64,000 bases of DNA, taken from contig CAAGGZ010000098.1 in NCBI GenBank assembly GCA_900769545.1, forward strand, positions 3,941 to 67,940. The letters run 5' to 3'. Of the stretch, positions 28,239-38,229 are shown one piece after another. The notes beneath the pieces were generated by a model that saw nothing but the letters and a program-made list of their open reading frames with translations, had not been told where the DNA came from and did no database searches. The position numbers and the translations under genes are program-made. Positions within the stretch are counted from its first letter, which is position 1. Each line of letters opens with the position of its first letter. This DNA comes from Clostridia bacterium (GTDB lineage Bacteria; Bacillota; Clostridia; Christensenellales; Borkfalkiaceae).

Positions 28239-30413
28239 ATGATAGCCGAAGTAATCGTAGACATCGCGGCGAGCGAAACAGACAGAATATACGATTATCT
28301 CTGCGACGACGATATTGTTGTCGGCAGTCGCGTTCGCGCGCCTTTTGGAGGCAAAACCGTCCCCGGGTTTGTTATGCGTTTAAAGGAAACGTCCGACGTA
28401 CCGCAAGAAAAATTAAAAAAAGTATTCCCTTGCCCCGATGAATTGCCCGCGCTTAACAGCGAGTGTTTGGCGTTGGCGGAAAAGCTCACGGCGAGATACC
28501 GTGTGCCGAAAGCGCTCACGTTGCGTTTGTTTTTGCCCTCGGAAATGCGCACGGGAAAGGTGCGGGAACTGCTTCGTAACTATGCGACGCTCAATCTGCC
28601 TTTGTCGGAGTTGAAACTCTCTAAAACGGCAAAGAATCAGTTGGGAGCGGCAGAATATCTGGACAAAAACGGCAAAACCGATTGCGCGTATTTGAATAAG
28701 GCTTATCCAGGCGGCGTGGCGGCGCTCGAGAAAAAGGGCTACGTCACCGTTACTAAGGAGCAAATTTTACGCGACCCCTACAAGGAAGAAACAGGGGAAA
28801 AGGTAGAGCGTGTTTTAACGGACGACCAACGCTGCGCGGTGCAGACCATTCGTGAAGATAAGCGCACGGTACAGCTTTTGCACGGTGTTACGGGGAGCGG
28901 TAAAACGGAGATTTATCTCACGCTGATTGCCGATTGCTTGAAAGAGGGGAAAAGCTCTATATTCCTTGTTCCCGAAATTTCATTAACGCCGCAAATGCTT
29001 TTTCAGCTCCGCGCGAGATTTGGAAAAAATGCGGCGATACTGCATAGCGGACTTTCCGCAGGGGAGCGTTTTGACGAGTGGTGGCGGCTCCGCACAGGCG
29101 AAGCGAAAATTGCTATTGGCGCGAGAAGCGCAATCTTTGCGCCCTTGGAAAACATTGGCGTTATCATCATCGACGAGGAGCACGATTCGAGTTATTCCAG
29201 CGAGTCCGCGCCTAGGTACAATACCTTTGACGTAGCCTTATTACGCGCGAAACGAAACAACTGTAAATTGGTATTGGGCAGCGCAACGCCTGCTACGGAA
29301 ACGTATAAACGCGCCAAAGACGGCGAGTTTTCGCTCATTCGCTTGGAAAAGCGTATCAATAAAAAGCCAATGCCCGAAATCGTGATTGCCGATATGCGCA
29401 GGGAAGTGCGCAGGGGGAATAATTCCGTTTTCTCGGGCGTTTTGAAAGAGGAAATCGAAAAGTGTTTGGCAGAGGATAAACAGGCGATTTTGTTTTTAAA
29501 CCGCCGTGGGTATTCTCAAACGGTGATTTGCAAGGAATGCGGCTACGTGGCGAAATGCGAGGCCTGCGACGTATCCTTGACCTATCATAAAGACGAAAAA
29601 TGTTTAAAATGTCACTATTGTGGCACGAAATACAATATGCTCTCGGCGTGTCCCGATTGTGGGGGGATAAAACTCTCTTATGCAGGGACAGGTACGCAAC
29701 GAATCGTGGCGGAGCTGGAAAAGCTCTATCCGACGGCGCGGATTTTGCGTATGGATAACGACACCACGAGCGGCAAAGAAGGGCATTATAAAATTTTAAA
29801 GGCGTTTGCGGAAAGAAAGGCGGATATTTTGGTCGGTACGCAGATGATTGCCAAAGGGCATGACTTCCCGTCCGTGACGTTGGTGGGAATCCTTGACGCA
29901 GACATGAGTTTGCATTTTTCTGATTATCGCAGTGGGGAGCGTACTTTCCAACTTTTGACGCAGGTGGCAGGAAGAAGCGGCAGAGCGGAAGAAAAAGGGA
30001 AGGTTGTTTTGCAGACCTTTGACCCTGAAAACGACGTGCTCAGGTTTGCAACGTCGTACGATTTTGAGGGATTCTACGAAAACGAAATTTCCCTTCGCGC
30101 GGCGATGGCGTTTCCGCCCTTTTCCAAGATTGTGAGAGTACTCGTTACGGGCGAGGACGATAAAAAGACGTTGGAGGCGCTTCGCGACGTGTATTTTGGC
30201 TTGGAGCAGCTATACACGGAAAATATGGAAAAGTTTTTATTTTTCAATAAAATGCGCGCTCCGATTAAACGGATTCAAAACAAATACCGTTATCAAGTGC
30301 TGATGCGGCTTTCGGATACTTCGGTGCTTCCTGCAATCTATGATATTTGCGCGGAGGCTCGCAATCGAGACGTGCTTGTGAGCGTGGAAGAAAATCCTAC
30401 GAATTTGAGTTGA
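28239..30413 (+). CDS. priA: Primosomal protein N' (replication restart helicase PriA)
   Basis: GVTGSGKTE Walker A, IIDEEHD, and a Cys-rich zinc insertion CKECGY..CEACD..CHYCG..CPDCG. Confidence 0.9.
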   Translation: MIAEVIVDIAASETDRIYDYLCDDDIVVGSRVRAPFGGKTVPGFVMRLKETSDVPQEKLKKVFPCPDELPALNSECLALAEKLTARYRVPKALTLRLFLPSEMRTGKVRELLRNYATLNLPLSELKLSKTAKNQLGAAEYLDKNGKTDCAYLNKAYPGGVAALEKKGYVTVTKEQILRDPYKEETGEKVERVLTDDQRCAVQTIREDKRTVQLLHGVTGSGKTEIYLTLIADCLKEGKSSIFLVPEISLTPQMLFQLRARFGKNAAILHSGLSAGERFDEWWRLRTGEAKIAIGARSAIFAPLENIGVIIIDEEHDSSYSSESAPRYNTFDVALLRAKRNNCKLVLGSATPATETYKRAKDGEFSLIRLEKRINKKPMPEIVIADMRREVRRGNNSVFSGVLKEEIEKCLAEDKQAILFLNRRGYSQTVICKECGYVAKCEACDVSLTYHKDEKCLKCHYCGTKYNMLSACPDCGGIKLSYAGTGTQRIVAELEKLYPTARILRMDNDTTSGKEGHYKILKAFAERKADILVGTQMIAKGHDFPSVTLVGILDADMSLHFSDYRSGERTFQLLTQVAGRSGRAEEKGKVVLQTFDPENDVLRFATSYDFEGFYENEISLRAAMAFPPFSKIVRVLVTGEDDKKTLEALRDVYFGLEQLYTENMEKFLFFNKMRAPIKRIQNKYRYQVLMRLSDTSVLPAIYDICAEARNRDVLVSVEENPTNLS

Positions 30414-30430
30414 TATCAGGAGGGCGGAAA

Positions 30431-30982
30431 ATGAAAAAGTTGATACGAATGTTGGAGGTCTATTTGTGTTTGTTGTGCGTTTGTTTTGGCACAGCAGGTT
30501 GTTGGTTTTGGGGCAACTTCAATGGGATTATGTATAAGCATTTTAAAGACCCGAACAACTATTACGAATGGACGGTGTGTGTAGAAGATTTCGTGTGGAC
30601 AGACATGGAAGACGGTTATACAGGGTATTCTTTATTTGATAATTCAGAGAATTTTGAATACAGAGCATTGGAAGAAAGAAAACGCAACCATATAGCTTTG
30701 AGTGTAACGATTCTGGAATATGAAAAAGAATGGATGAGTCATCTAAACAAGCAGGCGTTTGAAATAGACTATCAAAACGCCGTAGAGCTAATAAAAAACG
30801 GTTTTTTAGAGAACGTGCGCATTGGAGAGACAATCAAAATACGGGCAACGTATTGGACGTATGGCGATAGAGATTGGTTTTTCCTTGCTGCGGTAGAATG
30901 TGGTGACGTTACCTATTTAGATATAGACACGGGAATAAAAAACATCGTGGCTTATATGGACGATAATAGAAGCTTACTTTGA
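30431..30982 (+). CDS. Putative lipoprotein, unknown function
   Basis: ATG after ggaggg. The signal peptide ends in FGTAGC. Confidence 0.5.
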   Translation: MKKLIRMLEVYLCLLCVCFGTAGCWFWGNFNGIMYKHFKDPNNYYEWTVCVEDFVWTDMEDGYTGYSLFDNSENFEYRALEERKRNHIALSVTILEYEKEWMSHLNKQAFEIDYQNAVELIKNGFLENVRIGETIKIRATYWTYGDRDWFFLAAVECGDVTYLDIDTGIKNIVAYMDDNRSLL

Positions 30983-31011
30983 TGGAGAAAAAGAGAAAGG
31001 AGAATATAAAA

Positions 31012-31464
31012 ATGGCGATTCGTAACGTTGTACAGGTCGGTGACGACGTATTAAGACAAAGATGTTTCGAGGTGGAAAGCTTCGATGAAAAATTATGGAC
31101 GCTTCTTGACGATATGAAAGATACCGTAAAAAAGGAACAGGGCGCAGGTCTTGCCGCGCCGCAGGTGGGGATACTCCGCCGCGCTGTTGTGGTAGACGTG
31201 GAAGATGGGTATTTCGAGTTTATCAACCCTGTTATTTTACAGCAAAAAGGGGAACAAACAGGCTGGGAAGGCTGTCTTTCCGTGCGTGGGAAGAGCGGCG
31301 TTGTTTCCCGTCCTATGAAGCTGACGCTTTCCTATTACGACAGAAACGGTGAAAAGCATATTTTAAAAGCGAAAGGCTTTTTCGCGCGCGCGATTTGTCA
31401 CGAGCTTGACCACTTGGACGGCGTGTTGTATATAGACAAAGCGACGCAAGTTCAAAACGATTAA
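31012..31464 (+). CDS. def: Peptide deformylase
   Basis: GAGLAAPQ, EGCLS and HELDH motifs. Start at MAIRNV after aaaggag. Confidence 0.9.
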   Translation: MAIRNVVQVGDDVLRQRCFEVESFDEKLWTLLDDMKDTVKKEQGAGLAAPQVGILRRAVVVDVEDGYFEFINPVILQQKGEQTGWEGCLSVRGKSGVVSRPMKLTLSYYDRNGEKHILKAKGFFARAICHELDHLDGVLYIDKATQVQND

Positions 31465-31490
31465 GAGAGCTGCATAGAGGAAAAGACTTA

Positions 31491-31526
31491 AAAAAGCAAG
31501 CTTTGCTTGCGACAATGCAACGCAGT
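31491..31526 (+). repeat. Fragment of the four-hairpin core (hairpin 3 plus degenerate hairpin 4)
   Basis: AAAAGCAAGCTTTGCTTGCGACAATGCAACGCAGT compared with 24709-24746. It lies in the def-fmt spacer. Confidence 0.6.
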
Positions 31527-31538
31527 AAGGAGAATTAT

Positions 31539-32489
31539 ATGAAAATAGTTTTTGCAGGTACGCCTGAATTTGCGGTGAAACCGCTTGAAAAAATACTCGA
31601 TAACGGCTACAACGTCGTAGGGGTCATCACGCAAATGGATAAACCGCAGGGCAGAAAGGGAATTTTGACTCCTCCGCCTGTGAAAACGTTGGCGTTAGAG
31701 CGTAATATCCCTGTGCTTCAGCCTGAAAAAATCCGCGAGCACGTAGACGAAGTCAAAGCGCTCGGCGGAGACATTCTTGTTACCTGTGCTTACGGACAAA
31801 TTTTAACGCAGGCGGTGCTGGATTGCTTCCCTATGGGCGTTTGGAATATCCATGCAGGCTTGCTCCCTAAATATCGCGGAGCGTCACCCATTCAAAGCTG
31901 CATTTTAAACGGCGAAAGCGAAACGGGCGTTTGCATTATGAAAACGGAGCTTGGATTGGACTGCGGCGACGTACTGCGCGTAGAAAAAACACCCATTGGC
32001 GAAACAGAAACTTATGGCGAATTATCCGACCGTCTTTCCCTCATCGGCGCAGAGCTGATAATTACGGCTTTAAAGCTGTTGGAGGGGGGCAGGTATGCGT
32101 TGACGGCGCAAGACGAGGAGGGAATCGGCGTTGTGCGTAAGATCAACAAAGAGCAAGCGAAAATTGATTTTGCGCGCTCTAAGAGAGAAATTATCAACCT
32201 CGTTCGCGGTATGAATCCCGCTCCCGTAGCCTATACGGAATTGGAGGGGAACAAAATCAACGTGTATTTGGCGGAAGAAGCGGTTTTGACGGACGAAGAA
32301 AGGGCTGTATGCGCGCAGGCGCAAATCGGCGAAGTATTATCGGACAAGCCGAAGCGTGGTTTGCTCGTGAAATGCGGCGACGGAGCCGTTCGCTTAAAAG
32401 AAGTGCAAGCGGCAGGCGGCAAACGCATTTCGGGCGGTGATTTCATCAACGGCAGAAAAGCGCAAAAGGGACAGGTGTTTTCATGCTGA
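31539..32489 (+). CDS. fmt: Methionyl-tRNA formyltransferase
   Basis: MKIVFAGTPEFAV and NIHAGLLPKYRGASPIQ. Confidence 0.9.
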   Translation: MKIVFAGTPEFAVKPLEKILDNGYNVVGVITQMDKPQGRKGILTPPPVKTLALERNIPVLQPEKIREHVDEVKALGGDILVTCAYGQILTQAVLDCFPMGVWNIHAGLLPKYRGASPIQSCILNGESETGVCIMKTELGLDCGDVLRVEKTPIGETETYGELSDRLSLIGAELIITALKLLEGGRYALTAQDEEGIGVVRKINKEQAKIDFARSKREIINLVRGMNPAPVAYTELEGNKINVYLAEEAVLTDEERAVCAQAQIGEVLSDKPKRGLLVKCGDGAVRLKEVQAAGGKRISGGDFINGRKAQKGQVFSC

Positions 32490-33715
32490 GCAATCCCGTA
32501 TATGATCCTTTTCAAATTTTAACGAGAGTGTATTCGGACGGAGCGCACGTCAAACAGGCAATTACCGACACGTACATTGAGGAGCAATATCGCTCCCGAA
32601 CGGTTAAAATTGTGTACGGCGTATTGGAAAACGACGGATATTTTGATTTCTGTATCCGTCATTATGCGCCGAAAGCCCCCAAATTGGCGGTGCGGACAAT
32701 TTTGAAAATTTCTCTGTATATGCTCCTTTTTATGGATAAAAAGCGGTATATGGTTACCGATTGCGCCGTGGATTTGTGTAAAAAGTTGGGCAAAAGCGGT
32801 GTCAGCGGTTTCGTCAATGCCTTTTTGCGCCGTTTTAACGAAGCGGACGTGCAAAGCGCGCTCCCTAAAGGCGTAGAGGGGGAAAGCGCGCGCTATTCCT
32901 ATCCCTTATTCGCTTATAAAAAACTCCAAAAAGAATATGGCGAAAGGGCGGCGGCGATTGCGCAGGCTTGTTCGGCAGGCGTATCCGTGCGTTTTGAGCG
33001 TGGCGCAGAAGCGTATGAAAACAGAACGCATATCAAAACGCCCTTTGACAACAATTATATTTTTGAAAATTTCATCCGCGACGAGGGTTTTGACGAGGGC
33101 GCGTATACCTTCCAATCGGTAGGAAGTATCGCCATTTGCGATTGCGTAGCTCCGTGTGAAGAATTGCTTGATTGTTGCGCCGCTCCGGGCGGAAAGTCGG
33201 TGTTGCTTGCGAAGAAATGCAAACAAGTTACCGCTTTTGAATTGCACGCGCACCGTGTGGAGCTCATTCAGCAATACAAGCAGCGTATGGGCGTGGAAAA
33301 TGTAACGGAGCAGCAGAAAGACAGCTCGGTATTCGATAGCGAGTACGAGGAGAAATTCGACGCGGTGCTTTGCGACGCTCCCTGTTCGGGGTACGGCACG
33401 GTGAGCGAAAATCCCGACATCAAGCTGTTTAGAAAAGAGAGTGACTTTTTAGAGCTCGAAAAAATGCAACGCGCGATTTTAAATACTGTTGCTCGGTACG
33501 TTAAAAAAGGCGGTGCGCTGTATTATTCGACGTGTTCGCTGTTTGAGTGTGAAAACGACGGTACGGTGGGTGCTTTTTTAAAGGAGCATACCGAATTTTC
33601 GGTAGAGGCATTGAACAGTCTGCTTCCGCACGATAAAAAGAAATATGGATTGCAATTTTTGCCCGATACCGCTTACGGCGCAGGGTTTTACGTTTGTAAA
33701 ATGGTGAAAAGATAA
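32483..33715 (+). CDS. rsmB: 16S rRNA (cytosine-C5)-methyltransferase RsmB/Sun-like
   Basis: DCCAAPGGKS and DAPCSGYGT motifs. Overlaps the fmt stop by 7 nt. Confidence 0.85.
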   Translation: MLSNPVYDPFQILTRVYSDGAHVKQAITDTYIEEQYRSRTVKIVYGVLENDGYFDFCIRHYAPKAPKLAVRTILKISLYMLLFMDKKRYMVTDCAVDLCKKLGKSGVSGFVNAFLRRFNEADVQSALPKGVEGESARYSYPLFAYKKLQKEYGERAAAIAQACSAGVSVRFERGAEAYENRTHIKTPFDNNYIFENFIRDEGFDEGAYTFQSVGSIAICDCVAPCEELLDCCAAPGGKSVLLAKKCKQVTAFELHAHRVELIQQYKQRMGVENVTEQQKDSSVFDSEYEEKFDAVLCDAPCSGYGTVSENPDIKLFRKESDFLELEKMQRAILNTVARYVKKGGALYYSTCSLFECENDGTVGAFLKEHTEFSVEALNSLLPHDKKKYGLQFLPDTAYGAGFYVCKMVKR

Positions 33716-33720
33716 AGGGT

Positions 33721-33931
33721 AAGGAGTCAAGAGGCATTGCCTCTTGCGTGGTATGGAGCAGAGCTCCACAAGAAAAGCCTTACGAAAGCAAAACGTAGTT
33801 TTGCGCTATTATCACAAAGTGATGAACGCCTAAGGCGTAAAAGGCGCAACCTAAGGTTGCTTAAAAAAAAGGGGGGACTATTTAGGGGCGTTGCCCCAAA
33901 CCCCACGAGGAACTGAGTTCCTCGACCTTCC
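33721..33931 (+). repeat. ~210-bp multi-hairpin element with GTCAAG...CTCGAC inverted termini
   Basis: About 8 short hairpins with 3-nt loops. The first ~75 nt align with 63368-63440. The 3' terminal hairpin CGAGGAACTGAGTTCCTCGAC mirrors the 5' terminal module of the core family. Confidence 0.8.
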
Positions 33932-33949
33932 GACAGGAGTACAGGATTT

Positions 33950-35011
33950 ATGAAAAAAATTTTACAAGATTTATCCTTTGCGGAGTTGGAGAAATACGTA
34001 CTCTCGCTCGGGGAGAAAAAATTCCGCGCAAAACAACTTTACGATGGGTTGATGCAAGGAAAAGCCATAACCGAAATATCCTCTCTTTCAAAGGCTTTGA
34101 AGGAGCGAATTTGCGAGGAATACGAAGATTGCCCCGTTCGGATAAAAGAAACGTTTTTATCTTCCGACGGGACGGAAAAATACCTTTTTGAGTATGCCGA
34201 CGGAAATCTTGTCGAGGGCGTATTGATGAAATATAAATACGGCTATACGCAGTGCGTTTCTACGCAGGTCGGTTGCAGAATGGGTTGTAAATTCTGCGCT
34301 TCCACGCTCGGTGGATTGATTCGTAATTTAACGGCAGGCGAGATTTTATCGCAGATACTCGTGGTCAATGCGCTTCACAAAAATGACGTCGTAGGGCAAG
34401 GCAAGGAAGCCCGCGCCGTCACCAACGTTGTGCTGATGGGCAGTGGGGAGCCGCTTGACAACTACGACGAAGTTTTAAAATTTTTACGCAACGTTACCGC
34501 AGAGGGCGGCGTTTGTATCAGCGCGAGAAATATTTCTCTCTCTACTTGTGGGATTGTGCCGAAAATGTATCAGCTTGCGGAAGAGGGGATTCCGCTCAAT
34601 CTCACGGTATCTTTGCATGCGACGGACGATGAGGCGCGCGCAAGGACAATGCCTGTTGCGAAAGCCTATAAAATAGCGGATATTTTAAAAGCCTGCGATA
34701 ATTATTTCAAAAAAACGGGCAGACGGTATTATTTCGAGTACACCCTCATTGAAGGGGAAAATTGCGATGAGGAGCACGCAAAAGCGTTGATTGCCTTACT
34801 CAAAGGCAAGCCCTGTCATGTGAATCTCATTCGTTTAAACGAAGTAAAGGAGCGTGATTTAAAAGCGCTCAGCGATAAAGAAGCCTACCGCTTTTTAGGA
34901 ATGTTGGAAAAGGGCGGTTTGAGCGCAACGCTTCGCCGTCAAATAGGGGTGGATATTGGGGGAGCGTGCGGACAGCTCCGCGCGAGCTATTTAGAGGATA
35001 AAGGAGTGTAA
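33950..35011 (+). CDS. rlmN: 23S rRNA/tRNA (adenine-C2)-methyltransferase, radical SAM
   Basis: CRMGCKFCAS radical-SAM motif and C-terminal GGACGQL. Confidence 0.9.
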   Translation: MKKILQDLSFAELEKYVLSLGEKKFRAKQLYDGLMQGKAITEISSLSKALKERICEEYEDCPVRIKETFLSSDGTEKYLFEYADGNLVEGVLMKYKYGYTQCVSTQVGCRMGCKFCASTLGGLIRNLTAGEILSQILVVNALHKNDVVGQGKEARAVTNVVLMGSGEPLDNYDEVLKFLRNVTAEGGVCISARNISLSTCGIVPKMYQLAEEGIPLNLTVSLHATDDEARARTMPVAKAYKIADILKACDNYFKKTGRRYYFEYTLIEGENCDEEHAKALIALLKGKPCHVNLIRLNEVKERDLKALSDKEAYRFLGMLEKGGLSATLRRQIGVDIGGACGQLRASYLEDKGV

Positions 35012-35565
35012 TGGAAAAAGAGCAGTGGGCGTTTATTGCCGGCTTAATAGCAATGCTATTGGTGGCGTCGAGTTATTTTTTTAGAAAAAAAACGCAATAT
35101 TTATTCTTGCAAGGGTTAGGGATTATTTTTCTAATGCTTTCGTACTTATTTACCGGGGAGTATTTTGCTATGGTTGGCCTGGTGATAGGCTTGGCAAGGT
35201 CTTTGACGTATTTTGCGTTTGAAGTAAAAGGGAAAAACACTTCGATATTTTGGCCTTTTCTTTTTTCGGGATTAGGAGTGGCGTCGTATTTTATTCTTAA
35301 CTTTTGGATATTAAAAACGGCTAAACCTGCCATAGACTGTATTTATCTTGTCGGCTTGATTGCATACGCATTCATTTTTTGGGTTCGAAAATTGGAATTG
35401 TTACGCTATCTCGTGCTTATACCTACGGGGTTGTCGATTTTGTATAACGTGTTGATCAACGCCGTTCCGTTTGTGATTGTTTCTTATTCGTTTGAGTTGT
35501 TGGCAAACCTTGTTGCGATTGCCAAATATGATTTATTCAAGAGGTTAAAAAATGAAAAACATTAA
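35011..35565 (+). CDS. Integral membrane protein (YgjV-like architecture)
   Basis: 184 aa with 5-6 hydrophobic segments. TAATG overlap with rlmN. Confidence 0.45.
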   Translation: MEKEQWAFIAGLIAMLLVASSYFFRKKTQYLFLQGLGIIFLMLSYLFTGEYFAMVGLVIGLARSLTYFAFEVKGKNTSIFWPFLFSGLGVASYFILNFWILKTAKPAIDCIYLVGLIAYAFIFWVRKLELLRYLVLIPTGLSILYNVLINAVPFVIVSYSFELLANLVAIAKYDLFKRLKNEKH

Positions 35566-36205
35566 AATCGCGCCGTCGATTTTGTCGGCTGATTTTTCTA
35601 AATTGGGTGAAGAAGTACGCGCGTTAGAGTGTTGCGGCGCGGATATAATCCATTGCGACGTAATGGACGGCGTATTTGTCAATAATATTACTTTTGGGAT
35701 GAAAATGGTGGAGGATTTACGAAAAATCACGACGTTGCCACTCGATTGTCATTTGATGATTGTCAATCCCGAAAAATATGTAGAACGTTTCGCAAAAGCA
35801 GGGGCGGATATTATCACCGTGCATTACGAAGCGTGTCAAAATAATTTAAAAGAAGTATTGGGGCTTATTCGTTCCGCAGGCGCAAAATGCGGAGCCGTCA
35901 TCAACCCCGACACGCCCGTGGAAAAGATAGCGGACGTGATTTCGCTTTGCGATATGGTACTGGTAATGGGCGTATATCCCGGCTTTGGCGGACAGAAATT
36001 TATTCCCGAAGTATTGGATAAGCTCCGTCAAGTTCGTGAACTCATTGACAGGAGCGGCAAAGACGTTGATTTGCAAATTGACGGCGGCGTTACGCTGGAA
36101 AACGCGCAGGATATTAAGGCGGCAGGCGCAAACGTGATTGTCGCAGGGAATACCGTGTTCAAGGCGGTAAATAAAGAACAAGTGATAGCGGAACTTAGAA
36201 AGTAA
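35552..36205 (+). CDS. rpe: Ribulose-phosphate 3-epimerase
   Basis: APSILSADF, HCDVMDG and GFGGQKF motifs. Confidence 0.92.
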   Translation: MKNIKIAPSILSADFSKLGEEVRALECCGADIIHCDVMDGVFVNNITFGMKMVEDLRKITTLPLDCHLMIVNPEKYVERFAKAGADIITVHYEACQNNLKEVLGLIRSAGAKCGAVINPDTPVEKIADVISLCDMVLVMGVYPGFGGQKFIPEVLDKLRQVRELIDRSGKDVDLQIDGGVTLENAQDIKAAGANVIVAGNTVFKAVNKEQVIAELRK

Positions 36206-36223
36206 ACTCCGCAAGGCGAGAAT

Positions 36224-37630
36224 ATGCAAAAGGTGAAAAGAAAAATAGACTTTACGCAGGGTAGAGTCTTTTTAAAAATCGTATGGTTCGTTTTGCCCAT
36301 TATCGCAACGAACCTTTTACAAATGTTTTATAATGCGGCGGATATGATGGTTGTCAGCCTTTCTCCCGAAGCCAACGCCGTCGGCGCAATCGGAGTGACG
36401 GGCTCCTTTATCCACTTGGTCGTCAACGTGTTTATTGGCTTTTCGGTCGGGGCAAACGTCGTAGTGGCGAGAGAAATCGGCGCGAAGAATAAGGAGCGCG
36501 CGCAAAATGCCGTGCATACGTCTCTTATAATGGCGGCTGGATTTGGATTGCTTGGTATGGCGATAGGGCTTATCATTGCCCCTGCTGTGTTACGGCTGAT
36601 GGGGGCGGACGGCAGTTTGTTACGACTTGCCGTGACGTATACCCGTATTTATTTTTCCGGCGTACCGTTTTTGGCGCTTGCCAATTACCTTATCTCTATT
36701 TTCAGGGCGAAAGGGGACGCGAAAACGCCGCTCATCGTTTTATCCTTAACAGGCGTTTTAAACGTAAGCTTGAATTTATTTTTCGTGCTCGTCGTTGGTA
36801 TGTCGGTGGAAGGCGTTGCGATTGCAACCACGCTCGCAAACGTGGCTTCCGTGATTATATTGCTCTGGAAATTGCATAAAGACCAAGACTACACCACGTT
36901 TTCTTTTAAAAAACTCAAGGTGGACAAAATCGCATTCAAAGACATTGTGGTCAACGGCTTGCCTGCTGGGATTCAGGGAGCTTTGTTCTCTTTGTCAAAT
37001 GTTATTATCCAATCGTCCATTGTCTCGGTAAACAACAGTATTTGCCCGATTGACCGCGCTTACGACCCTATCGTCAACGGCAGCGCGGCGGCGGGGAATA
37101 TCGAGGGCTTTGTCTACACGGCGATGAATGCCGTATACCAAGGCGCAATCACGGTTACTAGCCAAAATATCGGGGCAAATAAGCCCAAACGTGTTTACCG
37201 TATTATGGCTTGCTGTTACGGTATTGTCGCGCTCGTGGGCGTGTTTATGTCTGCTTTGACGTCGATATTTCAAGAGCAGCTTTTATCTCTCTACGGCGTT
37301 ACTGCAGGCGCAGAGGGGAGCTTGGAGGCCTTAGCAATGTATGCGGCAAAAACAAGATTTGTCTATATTATTGCTCCGTATTTCTTATGCGGTATGATGG
37401 AAGTCAGCTCGGGTGTGCTTCGAGGGCTTGGGAAGTCGTTTACTTCGATGATTATTTCCCTTATAGGGAGCTGTGTGCTTCGAGTATTATGGATAAGCTT
37501 TGTATTTCCAACAATGCCTACGCTTGAGACGATATTCATTTCTTATCCCGTTACGTGGTTGATTACGACGTCCACGGCATTTGTTACGGGATTGCTTGTT
37601 TTAAGGAAAAAGATTACGACAAATGTATAA
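36224..37630 (+). CDS. MATE family efflux transporter
   Basis: 468 aa with 12 hydrophobic segments. LLQMFYNAADMMVVS is a typical MATE N-terminus. Confidence 0.8.
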   Translation: MQKVKRKIDFTQGRVFLKIVWFVLPIIATNLLQMFYNAADMMVVSLSPEANAVGAIGVTGSFIHLVVNVFIGFSVGANVVVAREIGAKNKERAQNAVHTSLIMAAGFGLLGMAIGLIIAPAVLRLMGADGSLLRLAVTYTRIYFSGVPFLALANYLISIFRAKGDAKTPLIVLSLTGVLNVSLNLFFVLVVGMSVEGVAIATTLANVASVIILLWKLHKDQDYTTFSFKKLKVDKIAFKDIVVNGLPAGIQGALFSLSNVIIQSSIVSVNNSICPIDRAYDPIVNGSAAAGNIEGFVYTAMNAVYQGAITVTSQNIGANKPKRVYRIMACCYGIVALVGVFMSALTSIFQEQLLSLYGVTAGAEGSLEALAMYAAKTRFVYIIAPYFLCGMMEVSSGVLRGLGKSFTSMIISLIGSCVLRVLWISFVFPTMPTLETIFISYPVTWLITTSTAFVTGLLVLRKKITTNV

Positions 37631-37654
37631 AACCGCATATGCGGTATAAGTAAA

Positions 37655-37689
37655 GAGCCGAGAGGGGATTCCTCTCGGCTCGTATTTTT
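37655..37689 (+). terminator. Intrinsic terminator after the MATE gene
   Basis: GAGCCGAGAGG-GGATT-CCTCTCGGCTC followed by GTATTTTT. Confidence 0.8.
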
Positions 37690-37733
37690 AATACTATATT
37701 GTATATGCACGCGCGGCGGAGTAATTCCAAACG

Positions 37734-37760
37734 CAAAAAAGCCGATGTAAATACATCGGC
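37734..37760 (-). terminator. Intrinsic terminator after rpmB
   Basis: GCCGATGTA / TACATCGGC with a T-run on the minus strand. Confidence 0.75.
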
Positions 37761-37794
37761 TTCTTTTTAAGCGTGTTTAAAAAACGGAGATGAA

Positions 37795-37986
37795 TTATTC
37801 AGCGTCCGCTTTTTTAAGGGTTCTTACGCATCTAGCGCAAACGTATGCGTTGATTTCCTTACCGTCTTCAATATAGGAAACTTTCTGTACGTTTACTTTA
37901 AACGTTCTTCTCGTTTTACGATTGGAGTGGCTTACGTTGTTGCCGGAAGCCTGACCTTTACCGCAAATGTTACATACTCTAGACAT
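37795..37986 (-). CDS. rpmB: 50S ribosomal protein L28
   Basis: [27 protein letters not shown]. Confidence 0.9.
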   Translation of the reverse strand: MSRVCNICGKGQASGNNVSHSNRKTRRTFKVNVQKVSYIEDGKEINAYVCARCVRTLKKADAE

Positions 37987-38177
37987 ATTGACACCTCCGA
38001 TTTTTGGGATATTTTTACCGTAGTGAAACCATAAAAATGGCGCCGCTTTTTACCAAAGAGTTCTCTTTAGCCAAAAACAAGCATAAATAATATATCATTT
38101 CTTTTGAGAAAAAGCAATCAAAAATGAGCCGAAAAACACAAAAAATAAAAAATATTCGGAAAAAATTAAAAAAGTAC

Positions 38178-38206
38178 TTGCAAAATAGAGGGAAATGGTG
38201 TACAAT
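38178..38206 (+). promoter_or_regulatory. Sigma-70-type promoter of the asp23-like gene
   Basis: TTGCAA, 17 nt, TACAAT with TG immediately upstream. Confidence 0.55.
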
Positions 38207-38229
38207 GTAAAGGCACTTGGAGAAAGATT

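Noticed and set aside
33721-33931. Multi-hairpin elements as tRNA genes, T-box leaders or integron attC sites
   Set aside because: They have no cloverleaf or anticodon-arm geometry and no T-box specifier or T-box sequence. The termini are GTCAAG/CTTGAC rather than the RYYYAAC/GTTRRRY of attC, and no integrase gene is nearby.
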